From: Gemmatimonadota bacterium
GTDB lineage: Bacteria; Gemmatimonadota; Gemmatimonadetes; Gemmatimonadales; Gemmatimonadaceae
Assembly: GCA_040389905.1 (NCBI GenBank)
Contig: JAZJZK010000004.1
Location: 28,530-92,529, forward strand
Length of the DNA: 64,000 nt
Direction of reading: 5' to 3'
The notes beneath the pieces are model-generated. The model was not told the DNA's origin. It was given only the letters and a program-made list of their open reading frames with translations, and did no database searches. Below are positions 46,121 through 59,533 of this stretch, piece by piece. The translations under genes were made by a program, and so were the position numbers. How positions within the stretch are numbered: the stretch's first letter is position 1; each line of letters opens with the position of its first letter.

Positions 46121-48538
46121 TTAGAAGAGCTGACCGAGTTTGAAGTGAACAGTCCACTTGGGATCTTTGACGCCATTGGTGGTACGGTCGAAACCATACC
46201 CCAGATCGAGGCCAAGGGGACCAAGGGGAGTGACGATTGACGCACCGAAACCGGCACCGCGGAGGAGGCGAGTCGGGTTGAAATCGCGCGGGCGTGCCCA
46301 GATGTTGCCCGCGTCATAGAAGGCATCGAAGGCCAACTGCTGATTGATACGAAGGCCGAGTTCGACGGAGCTGGTATAGAATGCGCTGCCGAACGACTGC
46401 GGCTGCGCCGTGGTCGATCCGCTCGTCTCCACGTAGCCGCTTGGCGTCACGGAGAATTCGTCGTACCCGCGAAGCTGCTCACCGTATTGCACGCCGCCGA
46501 GGGAGAACTTCTGCGAGATGTAGAAGCCGCCTGGATCGCCGAACACTGCGCCGCCACGCACCGACAGTCCGAGAGAGAGCACGATCGGCTCCGACCCGAG
46601 CCCGCCGCCGCCGAACTGCATCAGCGACGCATAGTGACGCATCTCGCCTGTATAACGCGTGTACTTCGCACCGCCGAATAGCACACCGTTCGACTGTGCG
46701 GAGAGCGTCTGCTTGCCTCCATCGGTGGCGAACGGGAGTCCGATTCGCGTGTCGTGCTCGTACGAGACGCCGAACGTCGATCGGTTGCAACTCACGATGC
46801 GGCAGTCGATGGTGCTGACGAGCCCCTCGTCGCCGTACTGCGCCTTTTCCGCGCCATACGAGAGGAAGACGCGATGATAGCGTGAGCCGTAGAGCGGGAA
46901 ACCGATCTGTGCCTGCCCGCCCACGCGCGTCTGCCGCCCCACGTCGCTTACATAGAAACGCTGCTGCGAGTGATACAGCGTGAGCGTTCCGGAAATCTGC
47001 GACTCTCTGATGAACGGGTCGGAGTACGTCAGGCTGAAATCCTTGATGTACTGCCCATACTGCGCGTTGATCGAGCCCTTCTTGCACAGCCCGAAGAGGT
47101 TCGGCTGGTCGAAGCCGAGGAAGCCTCCCACGCCGGCGCCCTGCCCGACCGATGCGCCGAAATTGACGTTGCCGGTGCGTTTCTCCTTCACGCGGAAGAT
47201 CACATCCAGGTCGCCGACATCGTTCTGGTGTGTTTCCGGCGTCGGAATTGGCGTCTCGAAGAAGCCAAGGTTGCCGATGCTCTGGTAGCTGCGAATCAGC
47301 GCATCGCGGCGGAACACATCGCCGGGCACCACCAGGATCTGATTGCGAATGCACGACTCCGACGTCACGTCGTTGCCGAGGATGTCCACGCGGTTCACGA
47401 TGGCCGGTGACCCTTCGGTGACTTCCCAGCGGAGGTTCACCGTGGGAATCGAATCGCTGCCGACGAGTTTACGTTCCGCGACAGGACGCACGTTCGCGTA
47501 GATGTACCCCTCGTTCGAGTACGCTTCTCCAACACGCCTCGTCGCGTCATCCCACCGCGCCTGATCGAAGTAGCCTTCGTCCGCATCGCCCCGCCCTACG
47601 CGGAGGACACCTTTGACGGCGCCGGTAATCGTCTTCGGCTGCACGCCGAAGGGATAGAAGCGCTGCAGTTCTTCATTGGAAAAGCGCCGGCTGCCAGTGA
47701 CTTCGAAGGTGCCGATGCGGTAGCGCGGCCCCTCCGACACCGTGAGGTCGACCTGCGCCTTGCCGCGTCCGCGATCGACGCGAATGGTGTCCTTCAACAC
47801 CTGCACGTCGAGGTAACCCTTTGACGCGTACAGCGCGGGGATCCGCTCGCCCACGTCGCCGGCGAACTTGTCTGCGTCGAGCTCACCGCGCTTGAACCAG
47901 AAGAAGCCCTCGGGCTTCGTCTCCATCGCGGCGACGATCTCCTTGTCGGAGAGTCCCTTGTTGCCAACGACGTCCACCCCCGATACGGCGAGCCGCTTTC
48001 CCTCGTCGACGCGGAACATCAGGTTGACTTCAGTGTCCACGAAGGTCGTTTCCGGCTTTACGGACACGAGGTAGTAGCCTTCGGACTGATACAGCGAGTC
48101 GATGCGCGTCATCGCCTTGGCCACCAGTGCGGGATCGAGCGGACGCCCAATCAGCAGATCAACGCGGTCCTGCACGTTGCTTCGCGACACGCGATCCGGC
48201 CCGGTGACATCCACCGCTCGCAACACCGGCCGCTCCTTGACCGTGAACACGAGCGTCGCGCGCTTGCCATCCGCTGATGGCTCGCACTCGGCTTTGACGT
48301 CGTCGAATTGACCGGTCGCGTAGAGGCTACGGATGGCGCGATCGAGCGAACGATAGTTGACGGGACCCGGCACGAGGCCGGCGTCACCGCGAAGAGTGGC
48401 ATCCGTCGCGCGAACCGCGCCACGGAAGGCAATTGTGTCAGGAGAGGCGCATCGCCCGGCAACCGAGGGGTCCTGCGCACGCGCCGTCGCCCCCATGAGC
48501 AGCAGGGCGACGGCGGAACAAAGCAGACGTCGCATCAT
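46121..48538 (-). CDS. bamA: Outer membrane protein assembly factor BamA
   Basis: POTRA repeats, LRGYD loop, TPLGPL.LDLGYG, C-terminal Phe. Confidence 0.93.
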   Translation of the reverse strand: MMRRLLCSAVALLLMGATARAQDPSVAGRCASPDTIAFRGAVRATDATLRGDAGLVPGPVNYRSLDRAIRSLYATGQFDDVKAECEPSADGKRATLVFTVKERPVLRAVDVTGPDRVSRSNVQDRVDLLIGRPLDPALVAKAMTRIDSLYQSEGYYLVSVKPETTFVDTEVNLMFRVDEGKRLAVSGVDVVGNKGLSDKEIVAAMETKPEGFFWFKRGELDADKFAGDVGERIPALYASKGYLDVQVLKDTIRVDRGRGKAQVDLTVSEGPRYRIGTFEVTGSRRFSNEELQRFYPFGVQPKTITGAVKGVLRVGRGDADEGYFDQARWDDATRRVGEAYSNEGYIYANVRPVAERKLVGSDSIPTVNLRWEVTEGSPAIVNRVDILGNDVTSESCIRNQILVVPGDVFRRDALIRSYQSIGNLGFFETPIPTPETHQNDVGDLDVIFRVKEKRTGNVNFGASVGQGAGVGGFLGFDQPNLFGLCKKGSINAQYGQYIKDFSLTYSDPFIRESQISGTLTLYHSQQRFYVSDVGRQTRVGGQAQIGFPLYGSRYHRVFLSYGAEKAQYGDEGLVSTIDCRIVSCNRSTFGVSYEHDTRIGLPFATDGGKQTLSAQSNGVLFGGAKYTRYTGEMRHYASLMQFGGGGLGSEPIVLSLGLSVRGGAVFGDPGGFYISQKFSLGGVQYGEQLRGYDEFSVTPSGYVETSGSTTAQPQSFGSAFYTSSVELGLRINQQLAFDAFYDAGNIWARPRDFNPTRLLRGAGFGASIVTPLGPLGLDLGYGFDRTTNGVKDPKWTVHFKLGQLF

Positions 48539-48620
48539 CACAATATACACCAGAAAAGGCCGGCATGGTCCCCATCGTTGGACCCCGCCGGCCTTGCCCG
48601 GGTTGCTCCGGAATAAGGTC

Positions 48621-51110
<2,490 letters not shown>

Positions 51111-51144
51111 GAAGTCCCTCAGAGAGACCAGGATGGACGTACAA

Positions 51145-52230
51145 CTAGCCGATCGCCCCCGCTTCCTCCTCAAGCGCCTTTCGCACGTAGCGTGCGCGCG
51201 CAAGATTCGATTCGCTATCACTCAGCGAACGGCCTTCCACAGCCGACAGATGCGCGGCCTGTGAAAAGATCAGGAGCTTGTTGAGGGTATATACACTGAG
51301 GCCACGGATCAGTTTCAGGCCCACGGCCAGACGCACGCCACTCAAATAATTCATCGCTTCGTCGAACGTGAGGCTTCGCGCATATCGCAGCGTGCCGTAC
51401 GCCCGCCAGAGCTTGTCTTCGATAATATAACCGGCATCACGCAGCAGGACACGCCGCGCTTCCTCCTCCCGCTCGATCACGTGACCCACCACGCGAATCA
51501 ACTGATCGAGAAGGTCTTCCTCCGAGCGGCCAAGCGTCGTCTGGTTCGAGATCTGGAAGAAATTCCCAACGACCTCCGACCCCTCTCCATACAAGCCTCG
51601 GTACGTCAACCCCATTTGTTGAAGCCCAGCCAGCACGCGGCCAATCTCCTTCGTCAGCACCAGCCCTGGCAGATGAATGAGTACGGACGCGCGCATGCCG
51701 GTTCCCACGTTCGTCGGACATGCCGTGAGAAAGCCGAACTCACCGTGGTACGAAAAGGGGACCCTCGCTCCAAGCTCCCGGTCAACTCGATCCAGCGCGG
51801 CGTACGCCGCCCGCAACTCGAACCCCGACTGGAGCGACTGAAGACGAAGGTGATCCTCCTCGTTGATCATGACGCTCAAGCCATCCGAGAGGTACACGGC
51901 GGCTCCACTCCGAAGCGGGTGCTGCGGCTCCAGCCCCGCGAGCTCCTTGCTGACCAGATGCCGTTCGAACAAGAGGGCGCGGTCCGCGAGCCCAAGCTCG
52001 TCAACGCGCACCATGAAGCTGTCCGGCATCTCCGGCAGCTGGCGTAGCGCGTCACGCACCTGTGCCAGGACCCGCAAACGTTCCCCATCGCGCGCTCGGC
52101 TCGCGAAGGCGTAACCCTCGACATTCCGGGCGAGCCGGACCCTCGTTGACAATACGACGTCAGAATGCTGGCCGGATGCGTCCAACCACCGCACGCCGCC
52201 GTCGGGCAGGAGAGAGAGATCCAGCGTCAT
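51145..52230 (-). CDS. mcsB: Protein arginine kinase McsB
   Basis: [49 protein letters not shown]. Confidence 0.92.
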   Translation of the reverse strand: MTLDLSLLPDGGVRWLDASGQHSDVVLSTRVRLARNVEGYAFASRARDGERLRVLAQVRDALRQLPEMPDSFMVRVDELGLADRALLFERHLVSKELAGLEPQHPLRSGAAVYLSDGLSVMINEEDHLRLQSLQSGFELRAAYAALDRVDRELGARVPFSYHGEFGFLTACPTNVGTGMRASVLIHLPGLVLTKEIGRVLAGLQQMGLTYRGLYGEGSEVVGNFFQISNQTTLGRSEEDLLDQLIRVVGHVIEREEEARRVLLRDAGYIIEDKLWRAYGTLRYARSLTFDEAMNYLSGVRLAVGLKLIRGLSVYTLNKLLIFSQAAHLSAVEGRSLSDSESNLARARYVRKALEEEAGAIG

Positions 52231-52712
52231 TCCAGCACCTTGATTCGGTCGCGCAGTTCCGCCGCGGCCTCGAACTGTTCCTGCTCGATCGCGCGCCGCA
52301 GCTTCTCGCGGAGCTCGCCGAGAACCCCAGCCCGCTCCAGTAACTCATCCTTCGGTGCCCGGTACGGACGGCCCGTGTGGCGCGATCCGCCGTGCACACG
52401 ACGCAGCAGCTCCCGCATGCTCGTCTCGAACGTCGTGTAGCATCGCGCACACCCCATTCGCCCGGTTTCGCGAAAATCCTTCATGGTTTCGCCGCAAAAC
52501 GAGCATTTGCCCGCATCCGCACTCGCCGGCATCGACTGCTGCTGCACCGCCTGCAGGAATTCCCCCAATGGGTGCTTCGGCGTTGCAACAGAGGTCTCGA
52601 CCCCCCGCTCCGCCGCACACTGTTCACACAAGTGCAGCTGGCGCACGGCATTGTTCTCGATCGTGGTGAGGTTCACGACCGCATCCCGCTCGTGACAGTT
52701 GTCGCAGACCAT
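52227..52712 (-). CDS. mcsA: McsA (UVR-domain, Zn-binding activator of McsB)
   Basis: Four CxxC motifs, GRMGCARCY, EQFE.AA.LRD. Confidence 0.9.
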   Translation of the reverse strand: MVCDNCHERDAVVNLTTIENNAVRQLHLCEQCAAERGVETSVATPKHPLGEFLQAVQQQSMPASADAGKCSFCGETMKDFRETGRMGCARCYTTFETSMRELLRRVHGGSRHTGRPYRAPKDELLERAGVLGELREKLRRAIEQEQFEAAAELRDRIKVLE

Positions 52713-53410
52713 TAGACCGCAATCTCCGGCAAGGCGATCTGGCCCAGCCGCGCATCCTCGAGCTGAAGAATCCGGTCTGCGCGCGCGGCCAGCGACCTGT
52801 TGTGCGTCACGACGACCATCGCGATCTCGAGCTCTCGCGCCAATTGGGCAAACAGGTCGTGCAGCAACTCGCTGTTCATGTGATCGAGGTTGCCCGACGG
52901 CTCGTCGGCGAGCAGGACCGACGGATCGGCCGCTAGCGCCCGCGCCACCGCCGTCCGCTGCTGCTCACCACCTGACATCTCGGCGGGTCGGTGCGTCATG
53001 CGTTCGCCGAGGCCAACGCGGGCCAGCAATTCCGACGCACGTTTTCTTGCCGATGCCTCCCGATTTCCGGCAATCCGGAGCGGCATCATCACGTTTTCCA
53101 GGGCGGTGAACTCACGCAGGAGGTGATGAAATTGGAAGACGAACCCAACCGTTCGGTTCCTGAGCGCGGAGACGGCATCGTCATCGAGACCGGACAGGCG
53201 CTGCCCGCCGATCCGGACCTCTCCCGCCGTTGGACGATCGAGCGCACCCAGAAGGTGCAGGAGCGTGCTCTTTCCGGCCCCACTCGCGCCCACGATTGCC
53301 ACCATCTCGCCGCGCTGCACGGTAAGATCGACGGAATCGAGCACGGTGATCACCGCTCCGTCGCCGCCGACATACGTCTTGGTCAGCGCCACTGCTTCGA
53401 CCACGCTCAT
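52712..53410 (-). CDS. lolD: Lipoprotein-releasing ABC transporter ATP-binding protein
   Basis: GASGAGKSTLLH.LG.LD, GFVFQFHHLL.EF, SGGEQQR; ATG at 53410 overlaps the upstream stop. Confidence 0.9.
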   Translation of the reverse strand: MSVVEAVALTKTYVGGDGAVITVLDSVDLTVQRGEMVAIVGASGAGKSTLLHLLGALDRPTAGEVRIGGQRLSGLDDDAVSALRNRTVGFVFQFHHLLREFTALENVMMPLRIAGNREASARKRASELLARVGLGERMTHRPAEMSGGEQQRTAVARALAADPSVLLADEPSGNLDHMNSELLHDLFAQLARELEIAMVVVTHNRSLAARADRILQLEDARLGQIALPEIAV

Positions 53411-54654
53411 TCGCGCATCGCCTCCACCGGCGTCAAGCGGGACGCCTGCACGGCAGGGTACACGGTTGCGACGGCCGCGATCAGGAGACTCGCCACGACC
53501 GTCACGACGATATCGAGCGTCTGTCTCGCGACGGGCAGGTGGTCGATGAAATACACCGACGGATCCAGCGTAATGAGCTTGTATTTGTCGAGTGCCACCG
53601 CCGTGGCCAAGCCGAGCCCTAGGCCGAGCGTGGTTCCCACCACACCGATGAGCGTGCCCTGCACGAGAAAAATGCGTCGGATCGACGCCGCAGGCATGCC
53701 CATGGCCCTGAGGATTCCAATCTCGCGCGTCTTGTCCGCCACCACCATCGTCAGCGTTCCCACGATGTTGAACGCCGCGACCAGAATAATCAGCAGAAGA
53801 ATGAAAGTCATGCCGAGTTTCTCGAGCTTGAGCGCCTGAAATAGCGGGCGATTCTGCGCCTGCCAATCCTCGGTGCGATAGGGATAGCCCAACTCGGTGG
53901 CCAAACTCTCCGCAACCTCCGTGGCTGAAAACCTGTCCACGGCGCGTACCTCGATGCCCGTGACGCTCGAGTCGAGCCCAGCCATCTTCTGCGCCATCGG
54001 CATGGCGACGAAGATGTAGCCGTGGTCGTATTCGTACATTCCGGTCTCGAAGAGACCCGTGACCTCGAGGCGCACCTCGTGTGGAACGACCTCCCCGGTC
54101 ACCGGGCTCACTTCGGAGCCCACTGTCGTGAGGGTTATCGAATCGACACCAGGATAGACACCGAGTGTATTGGCGAGTTTGGAGCCCACAACCGCGCCGC
54201 GTTTATTCCCGTCGGTCGTCTTGAAGCGAAAATCGCCAGCGGTGCGGAAATTCCGGATGGTCGTGACAGGTTCGCCACCCTCGCCCTCTGGAATGATGCC
54301 CATGACGAACGCACCTTCGCTGTACTTATGCCCCGCACCGACCAGCGCCTTGGTCAGCACGAATGGCGCGGCGGCGACCACGCCAGGGTGTTGCCTCACC
54401 TTCTGGATCACGGGCTGCCAGTCCTTCAGCACCATGTCCGATCCGTAGTTCAGCACCCGAAGATCAGGGCTCCCGATCAGGATCTTGTCACGAAGGTCGT
54501 TCTGGAGTCCCGTCATCACACCCATGATGACAATCAGCGTACTCACGCCGATGACCACCCCGCCGATCGCGATGACGCTGATGAGCGATAGCAGCTTCGA
54601 CCCGCGCCGGCTGCGCAGGTAGCGCCACGCGATGGACATCTCCAGGCGGCTCAT
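53407..54654 (-). CDS. lolC/E: Lipoprotein-releasing ABC transporter permease
   Basis: IAWRYLR, LVAAFNI, K.REIGILRAMG, YFIDHLP. Confidence 0.9.
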   Translation of the reverse strand: MSRLEMSIAWRYLRSRRGSKLLSLISVIAIGGVVIGVSTLIVIMGVMTGLQNDLRDKILIGSPDLRVLNYGSDMVLKDWQPVIQKVRQHPGVVAAAPFVLTKALVGAGHKYSEGAFVMGIIPEGEGGEPVTTIRNFRTAGDFRFKTTDGNKRGAVVGSKLANTLGVYPGVDSITLTTVGSEVSPVTGEVVPHEVRLEVTGLFETGMYEYDHGYIFVAMPMAQKMAGLDSSVTGIEVRAVDRFSATEVAESLATELGYPYRTEDWQAQNRPLFQALKLEKLGMTFILLLIILVAAFNIVGTLTMVVADKTREIGILRAMGMPAASIRRIFLVQGTLIGVVGTTLGLGLGLATAVALDKYKLITLDPSVYFIDHLPVARQTLDIVVTVVASLLIAAVATVYPAVQASRLTPVEAMRE

Positions 54655-56141
54655 TCTGGACGCATCGTGGGAAAGAGAATGACGTCACGGATATGCTGCG
54701 TCCCGGTCAGGTACATGAACAGCCGGTCGATACCAATACCCACTCCGCCCATGGGCGGCATGCCGTACTCCATCGCCCGAAGGTAGTCCTCGTCCACCCC
54801 GCTCGCTTCGAGGTCCCCCGCGTCCCGCAATCGTGCCTGCCCCTCGAAGCGTTGCCGCTGGTCAATCGGATCGTTCAATTCGCTGAACGCGTTCGCCAAC
54901 TCCTTGCCACGCGCGAATAACTCGAAGCGCTCGGTCAGTTCAAGGTTTCCGCGCTTGGGCTTTGCCAGCGGCGACAGCGCGACCGGATAGTCGATGACGA
55001 ACGTTGGCTCGACGATCTTGCTCTCTACCAATGCGCCGAACAATTCGTCCAGCAACTTGGGACGGTTCATCGCATCGGTCTTCTCGATCCCGAGCTTCTT
55101 TGCTTCAGCCCGCAACTCCGCGTCCGTACACGCCAGTGCATCTCGGCCGAGCGCCGCATTCAGCGAGGGCATCCATTCAATCCGTCCGAAGGGCGGCGTG
55201 AGCACGGGCACCGCATCGCCGACGATAGGCACGGCACGCACGGCATCCGCCGCCGCAACGATCAGTGCCTCGACGACGGTCATCATCTCACGATAGTCCG
55301 CGAGCGCCTGGTAGAACTCGAGCATCGTGAACTCGGGATTGTGCGTCCGGTCTGTGCCCTCGTTCCGGAAGTCATGCCCAATCTCGTACACACGATCGAA
55401 GCCGCCGACGACGAGTCGCTTGAGATACAGCTCGTCCGCGATGCGGAGATAGAGCGGCATGTCCAGCGCGTTGTGGTGCGTCATGAAGGGCCGGGCGGTT
55501 GCGCCACCGTACAGCGGCTGCAATACGGGTGTCTCGACTTCGAGAAAGTCACGCCCGTCGAGAAAGGCGCGGATCGCCGTCACCAGTCGAGAGCGCGCAA
55601 TGAACGTGGCACGCACCTCGGGGTGCACGGCAAGATCGGCGTAGCGCTGGCGGTACCGCTGCTCGGGATCCGAGAAGCCCGAGTGCCGCACCGTCACCCC
55701 ATCGACGAGTTCCTCCTTCCCATAGGGCAATGGCCGCAGCGACTTCGCGAGCATCTCGACCGCGGTGACGCGAATCGTCGCTTCACCGGTGCGTGTACGC
55801 ATGAGCGACCCGGTAATGCCGACGACGTCGCCGATGTCGAACAGGCCGAGGTGCGCGAAGATCTCGTCGCCGAGGGCGTCCTTTCGAAAGTAGAGCTGAA
55901 TGCGTCCACTGCCGTCGGCAAGGTGGGCGAATGCCGTCTTCCCGTGTCCGCGCCATGCGACGAGGCGGCCGGCAACGCGCACCTCGCCGCCCTCCTCTTG
56001 CCCATCCGGCAACGACGCCACCGCCTCGGCCGCCTGGTGTGAGCGATCGAAGCCGTACGCAAACGGTGGGATGCCGGCGGCTACCAGCGCGTCGAGCTTC
56101 TCACGCCGCGCCTTCTGGACGAAATTCAGCTCGTCGCTCAC
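54651..56141 (-). CDS. lysS: Lysine--tRNA ligase (class II)
   Basis: RYRQRY.DL, GGATARPF, LRIA.ELYLKRL, HNPEFT, YGMPP.GG.GIGIDR. Confidence 0.97.
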   Translation of the reverse strand: MSDELNFVQKARREKLDALVAAGIPPFAYGFDRSHQAAEAVASLPDGQEEGGEVRVAGRLVAWRGHGKTAFAHLADGSGRIQLYFRKDALGDEIFAHLGLFDIGDVVGITGSLMRTRTGEATIRVTAVEMLAKSLRPLPYGKEELVDGVTVRHSGFSDPEQRYRQRYADLAVHPEVRATFIARSRLVTAIRAFLDGRDFLEVETPVLQPLYGGATARPFMTHHNALDMPLYLRIADELYLKRLVVGGFDRVYEIGHDFRNEGTDRTHNPEFTMLEFYQALADYREMMTVVEALIVAAADAVRAVPIVGDAVPVLTPPFGRIEWMPSLNAALGRDALACTDAELRAEAKKLGIEKTDAMNRPKLLDELFGALVESKIVEPTFVIDYPVALSPLAKPKRGNLELTERFELFARGKELANAFSELNDPIDQRQRFEGQARLRDAGDLEASGVDEDYLRAMEYGMPPMGGVGIGIDRLFMYLTGTQHIRDVILFPTMRPE

Positions 56142-57260
56142 GCAGACGCTCCGCTCTTCACGCCACCCGTCTCCTTGAGGAACGCTTCGATGAACGGATC
56201 GATCCCGCCGTCCATCACTTTCTGTACGTCCGCGATTTTGAGCTCCGTGCGATGATCGTTGACCATGGTGTACGGCTGGAAGACATAGCTGCGGATCTGA
56301 CTGCCGAAACTCACATCGGACTTGTTCGCGTCCATCTCCGCCTTTTTCGCGACCTGCTTGTTCAACTCGATCTGGTAGAGCCGGTTCTTGAGCTGCTTCA
56401 TCGCCGTCGCCTTGTTCTTGCCCTGCGATCGCTGCGCCTGCGACGCCGTTACGACGCCGCTGGGTATATGTGTGATACGTACGGCCGAGCTCGTCTTGTT
56501 GACGTGCTGCCCCCCGGCCCCTGATGCGCGGTATACGTCGATCTTCAGATCTTCGTCGCGAATCTCGATGTTGATGTCGGTATCGACGACCGGATAGATG
56601 AACACCGAAGCGAAGCTGGTGTGCCGTCGGGCCTGCGAATCGAAGGGTGAAATTCGAACGAGCCGGTGCACGCCACTCTCGGCCTTGAGATAGCCGTAGG
56701 CGTACAAGCCCTTGATCTCGAGGACGGCGCCCTTGATACCGGCCTCCTCGCCCTCACTGAGATCCATGATCTCGATCGCAAAGCCCTTTCGCTCGGCCCA
56801 ACGCGTGTACATGCGCATGATCATCTGCGCCCAGTCCTGCGCCTCAGTCCCGCCGGCCCCGGCGCTGATCTCCAACTGCGCGTCGCGGAAGTCGTCCGGG
56901 TGCGACAACAGGGAGCGCAGACGGAACTCTTCGAGTTCGCCCTTGATGCGCTCGATCTCCGCATCGACCTCACGTTCCATCTCGCTGTCGGACTCCAACT
57001 CGAGCAGCTCGTGCAATTCACGAGCACTCTGCACGCGGGCAACGAGCGCCTCGAAGGGTTCGACCCACACCTTGAGCGCCTTCACTTCCTGCACAATTCC
57101 CTGCGCGTTCTCCTGGTTGTTCCAGAAGTCCGCACTTCCCATCCGCTCTTCGAGCGCCGTCAGTTCTTTCCGTTTGTGGTCGAGGTCAAAGATACCTCCT
57201 CAGCTCGGCGAGCTGATCGTCGTACGAGGACAGCAAACGGGTGCGCTCATTCTCCGCCAT
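56138..57260 (-). CDS. prfB: Peptide chain release factor 2, +1 programmed frameshift
   Basis: ATG at 57260 ... AGG AGG TAT CTT TGA C, then the +1 frame with SPF and GGQ motifs. Confidence 0.96.
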
Positions 57261-57273
57261 CACGTTCTCCCGG

Positions 57274-57312
57274 GTAAGAAACGAGCCGTCCGGCTTGAAG
57301 GCGGACGGCTCG
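57274..57312 (-). terminator. Hairpin (terminator-like) upstream of prfB
   Basis: Minus strand CGAGCCGTCCG-CCTTCAAGC-CGGACGGCTCG followed by TTTCTT. Confidence 0.55.
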
Positions 57313-57358
57313 CACGGTGTCAGGATCGACACCGGAAGATAGCCTGCGGGACCCGCGT

Positions 57359-58432
57359 CTAGAAGAGCTTCTTTCCCCCAGCCAGGACGTCGTTCAGCGC
57401 ATCCTGGAAGTGAGACGTGGACTCGGCGAACTCCCGGCCGATCTGGTCGACGTATTCCTCGTAGCTCTTCTTGATTTCCTCGCGAAAAAGCTGCTTCAGC
57501 GTGCCGTCGCGAATCCCTTCCTCGCGCTTCTGTGGGAAATAGGCGCAAATATCCGACACGAGCGCCCGAGCCAGCCGCTTCGCCTTCGCATTCGGGTCGT
57601 TGGCGAGAAAGGGATTGATCGGCGCACGCGGCGTCGGCGCAGCGGCCGTTCCCAGCGCGGGCGTCGGCCGAGACGGCGCCGGTGGTGGGGCGGCTGGCGG
57701 AGGCCCCGCCGGGGCCGTTGTGGGGCGAAACACAGGCGCCGACGCTGGTGGCGATGCACTGGGACCCGCCGGCGGGCGAGCGAGGGGTGGCAGCGGCGCT
57801 GGCGATGCAGGAGGGATCGACGTCGGGCGCGGTCCGGCGGGTGGCGGCGTCGCGACGGAGGGCCGAGGCGCAAAGGGCGCGGCCGGCGACGTGGTCGACG
57901 GCCTTGCCGGCGGTGTCACCGAGGAAGGGCGCGCGAATGGCGTCGGTTGTCCGACCGGCGGAGTCTGCGTCGGTCGCGGAGCGGCTGCCGGCGGCTGCGC
58001 CATAGCCGGCGCCGGAATGCTCGGCCGCGATACGGGAGGCGTTGGTGGTGCGGCGGGTGCCGGCGGTGGTGCGGCGGCAGCTGGCCGCTGCGGTGGGGGT
58101 ACAGGTGCGGGTGCAGGAGCAGCTGGCGCCGGCGGTTGCTGAGGCAGCGCCGGGACCGCAGCCGGTGCCGGCTGCGGTGGCACGGGGACCGCAACCGGAG
58201 TTGGTACCGGCGCGGGTGTGGGCTGTACCGCCGGTCGCTGCGGTGCCGAAGCCATGGGCGCTGCCACCGGCGTCGCTTTCACCGCAGTCGCGAATTCGCT
58301 GCGTGCATCGACGCCTGCGGCGATGGAAATGACCCCGCCACACACTGAGCATCTGGCGCGCACGCTTGCCGACGGAAGCTTCGCCGGGTCGACGCGGAAG
58401 ACGGAGCGACATTCCGGACAGGTGACGTTCAT
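57359..58432 (-). CDS. Zinc-ribbon (MJ0042-like) domain protein with long Pro/Ala linker
   Basis: MNVTCPEC...RARCSVC, a long Pro/Ala-rich region, and a compact C-terminal domain (AKRLARALVSDI..Y). Confidence 0.8.
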   Translation of the reverse strand: MNVTCPECRSVFRVDPAKLPSASVRARCSVCGGVISIAAGVDARSEFATAVKATPVAAPMASAPQRPAVQPTPAPVPTPVAVPVPPQPAPAAVPALPQQPPAPAAPAPAPVPPPQRPAAAAPPPAPAAPPTPPVSRPSIPAPAMAQPPAAAPRPTQTPPVGQPTPFARPSSVTPPARPSTTSPAAPFAPRPSVATPPPAGPRPTSIPPASPAPLPPLARPPAGPSASPPASAPVFRPTTAPAGPPPAAPPPAPSRPTPALGTAAAPTPRAPINPFLANDPNAKAKRLARALVSDICAYFPQKREEGIRDGTLKQLFREEIKKSYEEYVDQIGREFAESTSHFQDALNDVLAGGKKLF

Positions 58433-59511
58433 CCGGCGTCTCCCGCGCGCACCGCGATCATCGGACCAGAAATGCGCGTCACCCCAGCCGGCTGGCTGTC
58501 CGTGCGCCGATCGACGGAGTAGACCGATCCTTCCAGGGTCTTTGCGTAGCTCTTCATTTCCGTTGCGAGTTCGCTGACTTGAGCCGCGTGCGTAAAGTGC
58601 CGGCGGTCGTTCGTGACGACGCCGATGGAAACCGTCATGAGCGGTACGCGATGAAGTTGCCCTCGGCGGTCCTTCCCGAAAAAATAGCCCGCGCGCCGGT
58701 CCTGCTCGGAGTATTGTAGCGGAATGAGCAGATCGAAGATGTTCACGATCTCCTCGCACACTTGGACGATATCGCTCGATGGGATGACAAAAATGAAGTC
58801 GTCACCCCCGATATGTCCAACAAATCCCTCCTCGCCGCATACTCCCTTGACCACGTCATGCAGGATCTTCGCGAGAATCCGGATCACGCGATCGCCGTCG
58901 TAATATGAATAGCGGTCGTTGAACTCCTTGAAGTGGTCGAGGTCGGCATAGCACATCGCAAAGCGCGCACCCGAGGCAATCCGCACCGTGACCGCCGCCT
59001 CGATTTCCACTGCTCCCGGCAAGCGCGTAGACGGGTGGACGACCAGGTCACGGTCGGAGCGTCGCAACATGGCATCGAGGCGTACGAGCTGCTCTGGATC
59101 TGCAACGTGCGCGCTCACCACCTCGTCCGCTCCCGCGTTGAACGCGGCCGCGAGTTGCCCACCGGCGTCGTTCACCACAATCACCACGGGGACGACCGCC
59201 GTATAGGAGTCCTGCTTCAACCGACGGCACGCCTCGAACGCAGCGCTTTGACTGACCCGCGCGTCGAACGCCACGACCCGTGGCCGCCCTCGCAGCGACA
59301 TCGCCATCAGGTCGTCCGCGTCGCTGATGCACAACACGGTATCCGCCTGCCTTGCCAGCCAACTCGTGAGTACGGCTGGAGCCGGGGCGTCGTCCGGTGA
59401 AAAGAGGATGGCGCTGATCTTGACCAAACGGGCGTCCGACCGAGGTGGAGCGGCAAGATACGGTTCACGTATAGTGAAGTCAAACCGCGCTGCCACTGTG
59501 AGTTGCGTCAC
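58429..59511 (-). CDS. Receiver-like domain + GGDEF diguanylate cyclase
   Basis: DLDHFKEFND.Y...GD, GHIGGDDF; N-terminal degenerate REC domain; start uncertain. Confidence 0.85.
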   Translation of the reverse strand: MTQLTVAARFDFTIREPYLAAPPRSDARLVKISAILFSPDDAPAPAVLTSWLARQADTVLCISDADDLMAMSLRGRPRVVAFDARVSQSAAFEACRRLKQDSYTAVVPVVIVVNDAGGQLAAAFNAGADEVVSAHVADPEQLVRLDAMLRRSDRDLVVHPSTRLPGAVEIEAAVTVRIASGARFAMCYADLDHFKEFNDRYSYYDGDRVIRILAKILHDVVKGVCGEEGFVGHIGGDDFIFVIPSSDIVQVCEEIVNIFDLLIPLQYSEQDRRAGYFFGKDRRGQLHRVPLMTVSIGVVTNDRRHFTHAAQVSELATEMKSYAKTLEGSVYSVDRRTDSQPAGVTRISGPMIAVRAGDAG

Positions 59512-59533
59512 TTCTCATGACTTCTCGAGCCTG

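Noticed and set aside
56138..57260. prfB pseudogene or sequencing error
   Set aside because: The break is the canonical CTT-TGA-C programmed frameshift with an upstream SD sequence
57186..58412. 408-aa alternate-frame ORF ending in the RF2 N-terminus
   Set aside because: Most of it is an off-frame reading of the Pro/Ala linker; only the last 24 codons (from ATG 57260) belong to prfB
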